Source: Pseudomonadota bacterium (GTDB lineage: Bacteria > Pseudomonadota > Alphaproteobacteria > Rhizobiales > Devosiaceae). From it: 45,097 bases of DNA. The notes under the pieces are model-generated. The model worked only from the letters and a program-made list of their open reading frames with translations. It had not been told where the DNA came from and did not search any database. A program made the translations under genes and the position numbers. Below, piece after piece: positions 9,363 to 18,860 of the stretch (its first letter is position 1; every line of letters starts with the position of its first letter). Location: NCBI GenBank assembly GCA_023390785.1, contig JAEWCE010000011.1, positions 1-45,097 of the forward strand, read 5' to 3'.

Positions 9363-11477
9363 ATGTTGCGTACTCATGCCCGTGTGACGACGGTACCGGG
9401 TCATCCCTCGCATCCTGCTGCCTCGGTTGCCCTCGAGCCGCTGCCGCACGATATCGCCGTCCTCGACATGTGCGGTGCACAGGTCACCATCGACCGTGCG
9501 ACCGGCGCGCTCGTTCGCGCGACGGCTGCGGACGGCACGGAGTTCATGGGGGGGACCGCGGGGAGGGGGCTCGTACGCATCGCCGCCCCGCTGCCCGACT
9601 ATCCATCGCACTACGTCGAGATTGGCCTTCACGCTGCTCCCTCGGTCACCGAGGCGGATGGTAGGCTGACGCTGGTCTACGAGCGGCTGGGAACCCTGCA
9701 CGCCCAGCTCGACATCCGCGTCGAAATCGACATCCAATCCGGGCCTGAGGGGCTCGTGATGCGGGCGCGCATCGTCAACAACTCCGACATCCGATTGCCG
9801 CAGGTGGCGTTTCCGCAACTGCTCGGACTCATGCCCGTGGGCGGCGTGGAGGCGACGCGCGTGCGCATGAGCCGCGGCGTGCTCCATCCGCTGCGCGACA
9901 TGACGATGGCCCCCGACGATGCGACGTTCCTGGATATTCCGCTGCAGCGCTACTATGGCTACGGCGCGTTCGAGAACAGCATGAAGTGGCTCGACTTTGG
10001 CGCCGCCGATGCCGGTGGCCTGACTATGTACGGGCGCGATCCTCGCTACTCGGCGCAGGGGCTGTTGGTCGAGCGCCCGGGTCGCACCGCCGAGACGACG
10101 GATCTGCGCTGGATACACATGCCGCTGATCGAGCCGGGCGAAAGCTGGGAAAGCGGCGATTTCGTCGTGCTGCTGCACCAGGGCGATTGGCACGCGGGCG
10201 CCCGCGCCTTCGCTGAGTTCGCGCGCCAAACCTACAGGTACAATGCCCCAAAACACATTCGTGAGGCGCTGGCGATCCGCAGCATGTGGGCCGCGGTGCG
10301 CAATGCCGACAGACCGGAGGGCGGTCTCGACCGGATCGTCAAGATCGCCGAGGAGATCGCCGACCCGGCGTTGAGCGTTGCCGAACTGGTTGTCTGGCAC
10401 TGGTGGCAGAAGAACGGGCTGCCGCTCATCCTCGATCCACGGCTCGGCACCGAAGCCGACCTCAGTGCTGCGCTGGCACGCTGCCGCGAACTCGGCGTTC
10501 CCGTATCGCTCTTCGTCAGCCACCACTTGCTGCGCGACAGCAACGAGACGCCACCCGAGTGGCGGCATCTCAATGCTGCGCAGCAGCCGGTGCAGGATGA
10601 CTGGACGTACGGGCGCGACTTCCTGCCCCGCTGGCGCGTGCCGTTCATGGGTACGCATGCCATGATGCGGGGCTCGGCGCTTGCTCCGGGGTGGCGCGAG
10701 ACGGCGCTCAAGGCCTATGCGCATCTGCTGGACCTCGGCGCGACGTCAATCTGCTTCGATCAATTCTGGTCCTGGTTCGAACCCAACTTCTCCAAGCACC
10801 GGGACGCCAGGCCCGACGCCGAGGGCGACCGGCTGCTCGAATTCGGCCGCGACGCCCATGCCATGATCCGTGCGCGCAACCCCAACGGCACGTTCTCGGG
10901 CGAGATGCCGAGCGAGATGAAGGTGCCGGTGCTCGATTACACCTGGGAGTGGCGCAATGCCGAGGAACTCGACGACGATGCGCCGTTCCGCGTCGTGTTT
11001 CCGCAGGTGCGTCTCAACGGCAACGTCAACGAACATCCGCGTGGTGCGCTGTATGGCTTTGCTGAGGGTGGCCTCATCAACATCATGCCCGGCAACATGC
11101 ATAGCTACCTGCTTGCCGATTGCCCCTCGTTGCGGCAGACGCTCGTCGAGCTCGCGGCGCTGCGACGGCGATTTCTCAGATATTTCACCGAAGGCGAGTT
11201 CCGGCACACCGAGGGCGTACATGCCGAACATTGTCTTGCCCGCGCGTACTCGCATGGAGAGGACGTTCTGCTGGTTGTCGTGAACCCGACCGACGCGCCT
11301 GTCGAGGCAACTGCCTCCGTCGATCCGACCGTGTGGGGCGGAACGAACGTGTTGCGCACCGCGACCCTGACCGACCAGCGTGGCGAAAGCCGCCCCCTTG
11401 CCGCCGCTTCACCCGTGACGGTGGCGCTGCCGCCAGATGCGCTCATGGTGATCGAACTCAAGGCGGGCAGCAAATGA
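9363..11477 (+). CDS. Uncharacterised 704-aa protein, probable glycoside-hydrolase-like fold (DUF6259-like)
   Basis: In operon between sulfatase and enolase-family gene; predicted beta-rich N-terminus, barrel-like core with ICFDQ and FSGE motifs, beta-rich C-terminus. CDS is solid, function is inferred. Confidence 0.6.
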   Translation: MLRTHARVTTVPGHPSHPAASVALEPLPHDIAVLDMCGAQVTIDRATGALVRATAADGTEFMGGTAGRGLVRIAAPLPDYPSHYVEIGLHAAPSVTEADGRLTLVYERLGTLHAQLDIRVEIDIQSGPEGLVMRARIVNNSDIRLPQVAFPQLLGLMPVGGVEATRVRMSRGVLHPLRDMTMAPDDATFLDIPLQRYYGYGAFENSMKWLDFGAADAGGLTMYGRDPRYSAQGLLVERPGRTAETTDLRWIHMPLIEPGESWESGDFVVLLHQGDWHAGARAFAEFARQTYRYNAPKHIREALAIRSMWAAVRNADRPEGGLDRIVKIAEEIADPALSVAELVVWHWWQKNGLPLILDPRLGTEADLSAALARCRELGVPVSLFVSHHLLRDSNETPPEWRHLNAAQQPVQDDWTYGRDFLPRWRVPFMGTHAMMRGSALAPGWRETALKAYAHLLDLGATSICFDQFWSWFEPNFSKHRDARPDAEGDRLLEFGRDAHAMIRARNPNGTFSGEMPSEMKVPVLDYTWEWRNAEELDDDAPFRVVFPQVRLNGNVNEHPRGALYGFAEGGLINIMPGNMHSYLLADCPSLRQTLVELAALRRRFLRYFTEGEFRHTEGVHAEHCLARAYSHGEDVLLVVVNPTDAPVEATASVDPTVWGGTNVLRTATLTDQRGESRPLAAASPVTVALPPDALMVIELKAGSK

Positions 11478-12706
11478 ACGAGCACGGAAACGCGGCCTCC
11501 AGGATCGCGACCAGCAGGACCGCGTTCACAATCGCCGGCGTCGATGCCTTCCATGCGGTCGCACGCGACCGGTCCTATTGGAACGAATACAAGGCCGAAA
11601 GCCGCGCGCAGAGTACCCGTCACGTGCTGAAGCCGGGTTGGCGCGCTGCCTACACGCGTAATTTCGAGACGGCCATCGTCAAGGTCACGCTCGCCGACGG
11701 CAGCGTCGGCTGGGGTGAAGCCACCGAGCCGATCTGCCCCGAGGTGATCTGCCGGCTCGCCGTGCATCTCATCGCGCCGTTCATTGGCGGGCGTCGTTTC
11801 GACCATCCATCGGCGGCGTGGGAGGCTGGGTACGAGCTGCAGCGGGTGCGCGGGCACACCGCCGGCTATGTGCTGCACGCGCTCGCCGCGCTGGACATGG
11901 CCATCTGGGACGCACTGGCCCGTCGCGCCGGCATGCCGCTCAGCGCAATGCTCTCCAACGATCCGGCACCGCGCATTCCAGCGTACCTTTCCGGTATCCG
12001 GCGCGCGACGCTCGATGAGCGCATCGATACGCTGGGCCGCCTCGTCGCGGAGGGACTGTCGGCGGTGAAAATCTTTGCGACCAGCGATACCACGGAGACC
12101 ATCAGCGAGATCGATGCCCTGCGCGCTGGCGTGAGCGGCGACTGGCAGATCATGGTCGATGCGCTCTGGTCCTACGACACGGTGGCGGAGGCGGCGGAGG
12201 CCCGCCGCCGGCTTGGCGATCGCGGCGTGCGCTGGCTCGAGTGCCCACTGATCCCCGAGGACCTCGACGCCCACCGCGAACTTGCGGCCGGAGACGGCGC
12301 GCCGGTGGCGCTGGGCGAGCACTTCTTCACGCACTACCAGAGCGAGCCGTGGCTCAAGGCCGGCGCACTCTCGATCTTCCAGCCCGACATGGGCCGGGCG
12401 GGGCTGTCGAACGGCATGTTGCAGACCGAGATCGCACGCGCCCACGGCGTGGCGGTGACGCCGCACATGGGTAATGGATCGCCGATCGTGCAGGCCGCGG
12501 CACTGCATTTTTGGGCGGCCGTCCGGGCCGAATTGCCGTGCGAGTACCAGTTCGACCTGGCCGATGTCCTCGCGGGGGTATTCGACAGCGGCTGGGTGTA
12601 TTCGGGCGGCGGCTTCGTGGTGCCGCCTCTACCTGGTCTCGGCGTCGAGGTCGACGAGGCAGCGCTGCTGGCGAGCGGCGCCCAGGCTGATCGCTGGTCC
12701 GCGTGA
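11474..12706 (+). CDS. Mandelate racemase/muconate lactonizing (enolase superfamily) enzyme, probable sugar-acid dehydratase or cycloisomerase
   Basis: ATGA overlap; VGWGE, ALDMAIWD; metal ligands MVDA, WLECP, LGEH; QPD; VTPH. Confidence 0.88.
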   Translation: MNEHGNAASRIATSRTAFTIAGVDAFHAVARDRSYWNEYKAESRAQSTRHVLKPGWRAAYTRNFETAIVKVTLADGSVGWGEATEPICPEVICRLAVHLIAPFIGGRRFDHPSAAWEAGYELQRVRGHTAGYVLHALAALDMAIWDALARRAGMPLSAMLSNDPAPRIPAYLSGIRRATLDERIDTLGRLVAEGLSAVKIFATSDTTETISEIDALRAGVSGDWQIMVDALWSYDTVAEAAEARRRLGDRGVRWLECPLIPEDLDAHRELAAGDGAPVALGEHFFTHYQSEPWLKAGALSIFQPDMGRAGLSNGMLQTEIARAHGVAVTPHMGNGSPIVQAAALHFWAAVRAELPCEYQFDLADVLAGVFDSGWVYSGGGFVVPPLPGLGVEVDEAALLASGAQADRWSA

Positions 12707-12710
12707 TGGC

Positions 12711-13454
12711 TTAGAGCACGGTGCGGACGGCGAGCCATACGCCTGTCGCCACCAGCAGCACCGCGACGACCCTTGCCAGGATGTCGACCGGCAGGCGCTT
12801 TGCGGTCCAGCGGCCGAAGACGACGCCGGGCGTGAGCCCGGCCGCCACCAGCAAGGCGGTCCAGAGGCTGAAGGGACCGCTCAGCAGATTGCCGAGGGTC
12901 GCAGCCAGCGCAATTGGCAACTGTACGATCTGGCCCAGCGCGATGGCGGCGAGCAGGGGCACGCCGCGCCAGAGCAGGATCGGCATCAGCACAGCCGGTC
13001 CGCCGGTCCCGGTCAGCGCCGAAGCAAATCCGGCGGCAATGCCGGTCGGCCAGCCGGGTGGCCCTTCAATGCCGGAAGGTGGGCGCGGGCGTTCGCGCAC
13101 CAGCGCCCATGCGCCGGTCAGAACGAGAAAGATCGCCAGGACCAGCAGTGCAATCCGCTCGGGGATCGCGGCGATGGTCAGGCCGCCGAGGAAAGCGCCG
13201 GGGAGCGCGGCAATGACCAGCGGCCAGAATGACCTCAGCCGGTTCCAGTCGTTGGTGAAGCGCGCCTGCACGATAGCAACGATGCCAGTCGCGAGGTAGC
13301 TCGCCATGGCGATCGCCACCGACTCCCGCACGCCGAGGCCGATCACGCCGGTCAGCCACGGCACGAGCAGGACTCCCCCGATGCCGACGCTGCCGATCAA
13401 GCCGCCGATGACCACAGTGGCCGCCAGCGTCATCGCGATCTCGGCCGGCCCCAT
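12711..13454 (-). CDS. Sulfite exporter TauE/SafE (TSUP) family membrane protein
   Basis: Duplicated Gly-rich motifs GSVGIGGVLLVP and ALTGTGGPAVLMP; about 8 hydrophobic segments. Confidence 0.85.
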   Translation of the reverse strand: MGPAEIAMTLAATVVIGGLIGSVGIGGVLLVPWLTGVIGLGVRESVAIAMASYLATGIVAIVQARFTNDWNRLRSFWPLVIAALPGAFLGGLTIAAIPERIALLVLAIFLVLTGAWALVRERPRPPSGIEGPPGWPTGIAAGFASALTGTGGPAVLMPILLWRGVPLLAAIALGQIVQLPIALAATLGNLLSGPFSLWTALLVAAGLTPGVVFGRWTAKRLPVDILARVVAVLLVATGVWLAVRTVL

Positions 13455-13461
13455 GCTGGAG

Positions 13462-14370
13462 CTAATTCAGCAGCGACGGAAGGTCCGTCGAATAGCGTTC
13501 GACGATTGCGCTGCCGAACTTGTCGGGCATGATGCACGGATGGCGAGGATGCACGTCCCGCACTCCGATACGCCTCGCGTAAAGCCGCTTGCCATAGCAG
13601 AGCATATGCTCCGGCGAGGCCATCGCGTAGGTCAGATAGGGCAGGAGGCTGGCGTGCAGGCGCTCCGCCTCGGCGATCGAAGCGTCGTCACCCTTGTGAA
13701 AGAGATCATAGATCCGTGCGAGGACGTCGGAGACCTCCGGCGCCGGAATCAGTCCGGCGCACCCTAGCCGCATGCTCGAGGGTAGCTCCATGCCGCCGCG
13801 GCCGTTGAAGACCGTGAACACGCCGTCGGTGTCGGCCATCAGTCGCCGCACGTAGTCGATCGGACCTTCGCCCTTGAGCAGGCTGACATTGGGATGGTTG
13901 CGGTTGAGGGTCTTCAGGGCGTTGGCCGAAAGTACCACGTCAAGGTTGACCGGATTGTTCTGGATCGCGACCGGAAGCGTCGACGCTTCGGCGACCTCGC
14001 CGAAAAACGACACCAGCTCGGCCTCCGGCACGTTGCGCACCGGCGGCGGCTGCAGGATCACCCAGTCTGCCTTTACCTGAGCGGCGAGTTTCACGATCTC
14101 GATCTGGCCGTGGACGCTCATCTCATTGGCGGTGACCGCGAGAGGCAGTCGACCGGCGAGATCCTCGGCCGTCCACTCGATGACCTGGCGCCGCTCGTTG
14201 ACGTCGAGCTTGTTGAATTCCGTGACGATCCCCAGGATCGCCACGCCATGCACGCCCGAGGCGACGCAGGCTTCGACCTGCCGCTTCATCGCATGCCGGT
14301 CGAGGCGGCCGTCCTGATTGAAGAAGGCGTAGAGCATCGGATAGATGCCGTGGAAGTTGCGGTCGCTCAT
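13462..14370 (-). CDS. Dihydrodipicolinate synthase family lyase (KDA-dehydratase-like); alternative GTG start at 14424
   Basis: GIYPML, LGIVTEF, AIQNNP, Schiff-base Lys in LLKGE. Confidence 0.85.
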   Translation of the reverse strand: MSDRNFHGIYPMLYAFFNQDGRLDRHAMKRQVEACVASGVHGVAILGIVTEFNKLDVNERRQVIEWTAEDLAGRLPLAVTANEMSVHGQIEIVKLAAQVKADWVILQPPPVRNVPEAELVSFFGEVAEASTLPVAIQNNPVNLDVVLSANALKTLNRNHPNVSLLKGEGPIDYVRRLMADTDGVFTVFNGRGGMELPSSMRLGCAGLIPAPEVSDVLARIYDLFHKGDDASIAEAERLHASLLPYLTYAMASPEHMLCYGKRLYARRIGVRDVHPRHPCIMPDKFGSAIVERYSTDLPSLLN

Positions 14371-14420
14371 GAACGTCCCTGGTTGGCGTTGGGGATGGGT
14401 TATCGGCTTTGGTGGATGCG

Positions 14421-15206
14421 TCACGGTTCGGCTTGTGGCAGGAGGCGCAGGCCGGCGAGGAAGCCGCCATCGACGCGCAGTTCGACGCCATGCACGAACC
14501 GGGTCGCTGCGAGGTAGAGCACCGCTTCGGCAATGTCGGTTACGTCGGCGATGCGACCGAGGGGGTGCTGCCTCACGGCATGCGCCATGACGTCCACGCC
14601 ACCGGAATCATGTCTTGCCCAGCCGGACCGGAGCTGGTCGGTGAGCGTCGCCCCGGGTGACACGGCATTCACCCGGATATTGTCAGCGCCCAAATCGACC
14701 GCGAGGGATCGCGTGAGGCCGAGCAGGGCAGTCTTGCTGGTGGCATAGGCGAGCCGTTTCGGACCGGGCGCCGTCGCATGGACCGAAGCGATGTTGATGA
14801 TCGCCCCGCCTCCGGCTGCCCGCATCGCGGGCACCAAATCCCTCGCGAGAAGATAGGGAGCGCGAACATTGACGGCGTAGGCATGATCGAAGAGCTCGGG
14901 GGTGCACTCGCCGAGATCACCTGGGGCCTGGTCCGCAGCATTGTTCACTAGAATATCGATCCGGCCACAGGCCCTGCTGGCGTCGGCGGCCAGGCGGATG
15001 ACCTCTGAAGGGTCGGCCAGATCGGCGACGCTCTGACTGATGTTTCCCAGCGACGCGAGAGCATTGACCCGGCTGGCCAGCTTTTCGGCGTCGAAATCCG
15101 TCATATGGACCTTGGCGCCCTGCTCGAGGAAAGCACGGGCAATGGCTGCGCCGATATCCCCAGCCGCGCCGGTGACCAGCACGCACTTGCCCCTGAATTG
15201 GTCCAT
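14421..15206 (-). CDS. Short-chain dehydrogenase/reductase
   Basis: TGAAGDIG, DILVNNAA, YATSK, VNAVSPG, VDGG. Confidence 0.92.
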   Translation of the reverse strand: MDQFRGKCVLVTGAAGDIGAAIARAFLEQGAKVHMTDFDAEKLASRVNALASLGNISQSVADLADPSEVIRLAADASRACGRIDILVNNAADQAPGDLGECTPELFDHAYAVNVRAPYLLARDLVPAMRAAGGGAIINIASVHATAPGPKRLAYATSKTALLGLTRSLAVDLGADNIRVNAVSPGATLTDQLRSGWARHDSGGVDVMAHAVRQHPLGRIADVTDIAEAVLYLAATRFVHGVELRVDGGFLAGLRLLPQAEP

Positions 15207-15235
15207 TACTGCCCCCGGCCGCGCCCGAGCATTCA

Positions 15236-15268
15236 ATCTGACTATTGCGTTAGTTTAATCAGATGATT
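15236..15268. promoter_or_regulatory. Two operator-like boxes, same motif and 22-bp spacing as at 4498-4551
   Basis: ATCTGACTAT (15236) and ATCAGATGAT (15258; inside the inverted repeat AATCA-GA-TGATT) between the divergent SDR genes. Confidence 0.55.
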
Positions 15269-15334
15269 GGCATTTGTCACGAGAATTGGCATAAGGAGCA
15301 GCGGATGTGTCGAGCCGGCGGAGGCCATTGCTAG

Positions 15335-16081
15335 ATGAACAAGATCGATCTCGAGGGGCAGGTGGCCGTCGTGACCGGCGGGGCCCAGGGCATTGGCTAC
15401 GCCATCGCCCAGCGGCTGATCCAATCCGGTGCCAGGGTGAGCCTGTGGGATTTCGACCAGGGTGCCTTGAATGCGGCTCTTCAAACGCTTGGGCCGAATG
15501 CGCATGGCGAGCGCGCCGATGTCACCGACCTGGCTTCACTGCAGCGCGCGCATGCAAAATCGGAGGCCGCGCTCGGTCCGGTCTCCATTCTGGTCAACTC
15601 GGCAGGGATCGCCGGGGGAAACGCGACTCTCGACGAGTACGACCCGGCGGAATGGAGGCGTGTCGTGGACACGAACCTTACCGGCACGTTCTATACCAAC
15701 AAGGTCGTCATCCCTTCGATGAAGGCGCGCAACTACGGTCGGATCGTCAACATCGCGTCGATCGCCGGAAAGGAGGGGAATCCGAACCTCTCCGCCTATT
15801 CGGCCGCAAAGGCAGGTGTCATTGGCCTTACGAAATCCGTCGGCAAGGAACTGGCCAAATACGACATCGCCGTCAACGCGATCACCCCCGCCGCGGCCAG
15901 GACGCGCATTCTGGAGACGGTGACCGAAGAATTCGTCGGTTACATGCTCTCGCGCATCCCTCGCGGTCGTTTTCTCGAGGTCGATGAAGTCGCCTCGATG
16001 GTTGCGTGGCTGGTCAGCAAGGAGAATAGCTTCACCACCGCCGCAGTGTTCGACTTATCCGGCGGTCGGGCGACCTATTGA
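15335..16081 (+). CDS. Short-chain dehydrogenase/reductase, 2-keto-3-deoxy sugar-acid dehydrogenase-like (LRA5-like)
   Basis: TGGAQGIG, ASIAGKEGNPN, YSAAK, C-terminal FDLSGGRATY typical of this SDR subgroup. Confidence 0.85.
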   Translation: MNKIDLEGQVAVVTGGAQGIGYAIAQRLIQSGARVSLWDFDQGALNAALQTLGPNAHGERADVTDLASLQRAHAKSEAALGPVSILVNSAGIAGGNATLDEYDPAEWRRVVDTNLTGTFYTNKVVIPSMKARNYGRIVNIASIAGKEGNPNLSAYSAAKAGVIGLTKSVGKELAKYDIAVNAITPAAARTRILETVTEEFVGYMLSRIPRGRFLEVDEVASMVAWLVSKENSFTTAAVFDLSGGRATY

Positions 16082-16204
16082 CGTCTCCCACCAGGCAGAA
16101 GTGCAGCGTGTCCGGCACATCTTCCTGCCGGCAGCGTTGCGCTTCGGACTTTTCATGGCTCACGAAGAGGCGTTAGGGGTAATCGCCGCACGGGAGAAGT
16201 TTTT

Positions 16205-17788
16205 ATGGGGGTGCGCCGGCACGTCCTCCTGCTCATTGGGATAGGTTTTGCACTGGCGGTGGCTCTCATCGCGCTGATGGCGGCGGCACTGTCGACATCG
16301 GACCACACGGCTCGGCGCATTGCGGCGATCAGCGATCGGCTGGCCGTGCTCAACGAACTGTCGGCGAGCATCGGCAGTTACGGCGAACAGGCGGCAGAAA
16401 CTCTCCTCCTCGGCCGAGGCCGGGCCGAGGATTTGGCGACCGCCCGGATCAACATCGAACGCGAACTGGCCCGGTTGACGCAGACCACGCGGACCGAAAT
16501 CACGACCCTGGGCGGCATGGACGAGGTGGCCGACGCGCTCCCCGATATCGAGGGCGCGCGCCGGCTTATCGAACTCTACCACGCCATCGACGGGGCAATG
16601 AACACGGTACTGTCGATGCGAGGGAACGATCCTGGGCTCGACAGCAAGGAAGCCTACCAGACCACGGTGGCCTTCCGGCTGACCAATGAACTGCAGCCAG
16701 TGCTGAGCGCCGCGGTGGCTGGCGAAAGCAGCAAGCTTGCCGATGAGATCGGCAGGGCCGAGACATACCGGATCTATTTCCTGGTGGCTGCGGCGGCAAT
16801 CGGCGTGCTGGGGCTGTCCGCCATCATTGGCTTCGGGGTCAGGCTTTGGCAAACGATCGTCGTGCCGCTCGACCAGTTGAGTGCGCGGGCGCGTGCCATC
16901 GCCGCAGGTGAACCGGACGCACCGGCGACGCGTGCGATGGGCGATTTCGAGTCGCTATCGCACAGCCTGACGGCAGTGGCGACCGCCACAGCGGAGCAGC
17001 GCCGAAACTTTGCCGCAGCCACGGAGAAGCTCGCCGCAGAGACAGAAGCGCGCACCGCGCAGTTGCGTAGCGCGAATGAGCAACTGCGCGAAATCGATCA
17101 CCGGCGCGGGCAATTCCTTGCCGACGTCAGCCACGAGCTACGCACGCCATTGACCATCCTTCGTGGTGAGGCCGACGTAGCCCTGCGCGGCACCGGTGAC
17201 GCGGCGACGCTGCGCGAATCGCTCGAGCGCATCCAGGGCCAGGCGTCCGAACTCGGCCAACTGCTCGAAGACCTGCTCGAGTTCGCCCGCTCGACAGCTG
17301 AGGATCAACCGTTTGTGGCGGTCGACACTTCGCTCGACGAGGTGGTTGCGGCAGCAGCACAGGAGGCGCGCATGCTTGCGTCGCCACGCGAGGTCGCGGT
17401 GACCGTTGCGTCCAACACCGGCGGGCGTCACATTGAGGCCGATTTCCGGCGCCTGAAGCAAGCCCTGATCATCGGGATAGACAATGCCATCAAGCACTCG
17501 CCGCCGGGCACCACGGTGACGGTCGAGACCGCCGGTCAGGAGCAGAGTGTGCGCATCTCAATCGCGGATGAAGGGCCGGGCGTGGACGAAGCGGACCTGC
17601 CGCGCGTGTTCGAGCGCTTCTTCCGCGGCAAGGACCAGGCCGACGGACTGTCTTCGGGGCTTGGCATTGGGCTCGCCATCGCCAAGGACATCGTCGAACG
17701 CCATGGCGGAACCATCGCTTTGAGAAACCGGGCTGAGGGAGGCGCAATGCTCAGCATTGTCTTGCCGACTGGGGAGCACGCCGCCTGA
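16205..17788 (+). CDS. Membrane sensor histidine kinase (2 TM, HAMP-like, HisKA, HATPase)
   Basis: ADVSHELRTPL, DNAIKHS, DEGPG, FERFFRG, GLGIGLAI. Confidence 0.93.
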   Translation: MGVRRHVLLLIGIGFALAVALIALMAAALSTSDHTARRIAAISDRLAVLNELSASIGSYGEQAAETLLLGRGRAEDLATARINIERELARLTQTTRTEITTLGGMDEVADALPDIEGARRLIELYHAIDGAMNTVLSMRGNDPGLDSKEAYQTTVAFRLTNELQPVLSAAVAGESSKLADEIGRAETYRIYFLVAAAAIGVLGLSAIIGFGVRLWQTIVVPLDQLSARARAIAAGEPDAPATRAMGDFESLSHSLTAVATATAEQRRNFAAATEKLAAETEARTAQLRSANEQLREIDHRRGQFLADVSHELRTPLTILRGEADVALRGTGDAATLRESLERIQGQASELGQLLEDLLEFARSTAEDQPFVAVDTSLDEVVAAAAQEARMLASPREVAVTVASNTGGRHIEADFRRLKQALIIGIDNAIKHSPPGTTVTVETAGQEQSVRISIADEGPGVDEADLPRVFERFFRGKDQADGLSSGLGIGLAIAKDIVERHGGTIALRNRAEGGAMLSIVLPTGEHAA

Positions 17789-18477
17789 TGAGGATCCTGG
17801 TGATCGAAGACGATCCGCGTATTGCCTCGTTCCTCGAGCGGGGTCTGGCGGCGGAGGGCTACCAGGTCGCGGCAGAAAGTGACGGCCTCGACGGGTTGGA
17901 GCGAGCCCGCAACGATGAGTTCGACCTGCTGATCCTCGATCGAATGTTGCCGCGTCTCGATGGGCTGGAACTGTGCCGCCAACTGCGCGAGGAAGGCCGC
18001 AGCATCTATGTGCTGATGCTCACCGCTCGTGACACATTGCAGGACAAGATAGCCGGCCTGAAGGGTGGGGCGGTTGACTATCTCACCAAGCCCTTCGCCT
18101 TCGATGAACTTCTCGCCCGCATCGGCGCACTCGAGCGCCGGCGGGCCGCGCCAAGCGTCGAGACGCCGCTGAAGATCGGCGGGCTGAGTCTCGAGCCGCA
18201 ATCGCGGCGTGTCACCAAAGACGGGGCGCCGATCACGTTGACGGCGCGTGAGTTCGAATTACTGCACTACCTGATGAGCAACCCGGATCGGGTCGTCAGC
18301 CGAGAGCGGCTGCTCAACAGCGTTTGGGACTATGGCTACGATCCTGGCACGAAGATCGTTGATGTCTATGTGCGCTATCTGCGCCAGAAGATCGACGGGC
18401 CGGAGGGCACGCCATCGCTGATCCAGACGGTGCGCGGCATCGGCTACATGATGTCTTCCGATCGCACGCGCGCCTGA
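17788..18477 (+). CDS. OmpR-family response regulator
   Basis: ILVIEDD, LDRMLP, DYLTKPF, LTAREFELL, VDVYVRYLRQKI, TVRGIGY. Confidence 0.95.
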   Translation: MRILVIEDDPRIASFLERGLAAEGYQVAAESDGLDGLERARNDEFDLLILDRMLPRLDGLELCRQLREEGRSIYVLMLTARDTLQDKIAGLKGGAVDYLTKPFAFDELLARIGALERRRAAPSVETPLKIGGLSLEPQSRRVTKDGAPITLTAREFELLHYLMSNPDRVVSRERLLNSVWDYGYDPGTKIVDVYVRYLRQKIDGPEGTPSLIQTVRGIGYMMSSDRTRA

Positions 18478-18524
18478 CGGCTCTCTCCAATTTCTAACCA
18501 AGCCTTCAACGTCATCTAATCTCA

Positions 18525-18773
18525 ATGGTTTTAGCTGCCGCCATTGCGTTAGGAAATGCGATGGAGTCGACCTTGGAAGCTGAAGGCTGGCCGGTGCTCA
18601 GGTACGATCGTTTCGACAGCGAGGATCTGGCGGAATATCGCCGCCGCGTGTCCGAAATTGAGAGCATTCGCGAGGGGTTCCGCATGGGACGCTTTCGCGG
18701 CGACGTTGCCGAGCGCATGGAGCGGCGCCTCGTCCGCCTGCAGGAGCAGCCCCTGGAGGCGCTCCTGGCCTGA
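18525..18773 (+). CDS. Small hypothetical protein (start may be 18561)
   Basis: Fills the gap after the response regulator; AGGA upstream of ATG 18561; no recognisable domain. Confidence 0.4.
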   Translation: MVLAAAIALGNAMESTLEAEGWPVLRYDRFDSEDLAEYRRRVSEIESIREGFRMGRFRGDVAERMERRLVRLQEQPLEALLA

Positions 18774-18860
18774 TCGCAGAGCCGCTGGAGCGCTGCCTTC
18801 CCACTAAACCGACGCTTCTCCGCGTCCTCGAACTGTCGGGTACTCGCGGGGAGAGGGCGC

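Noticed and set aside
7692..10724. 1010-aa minus-strand ORF
   Set aside because: Antisense shadow of the sulfatase and the 9363 gene; no motifs; long shadow ORFs are expected in high-GC DNA
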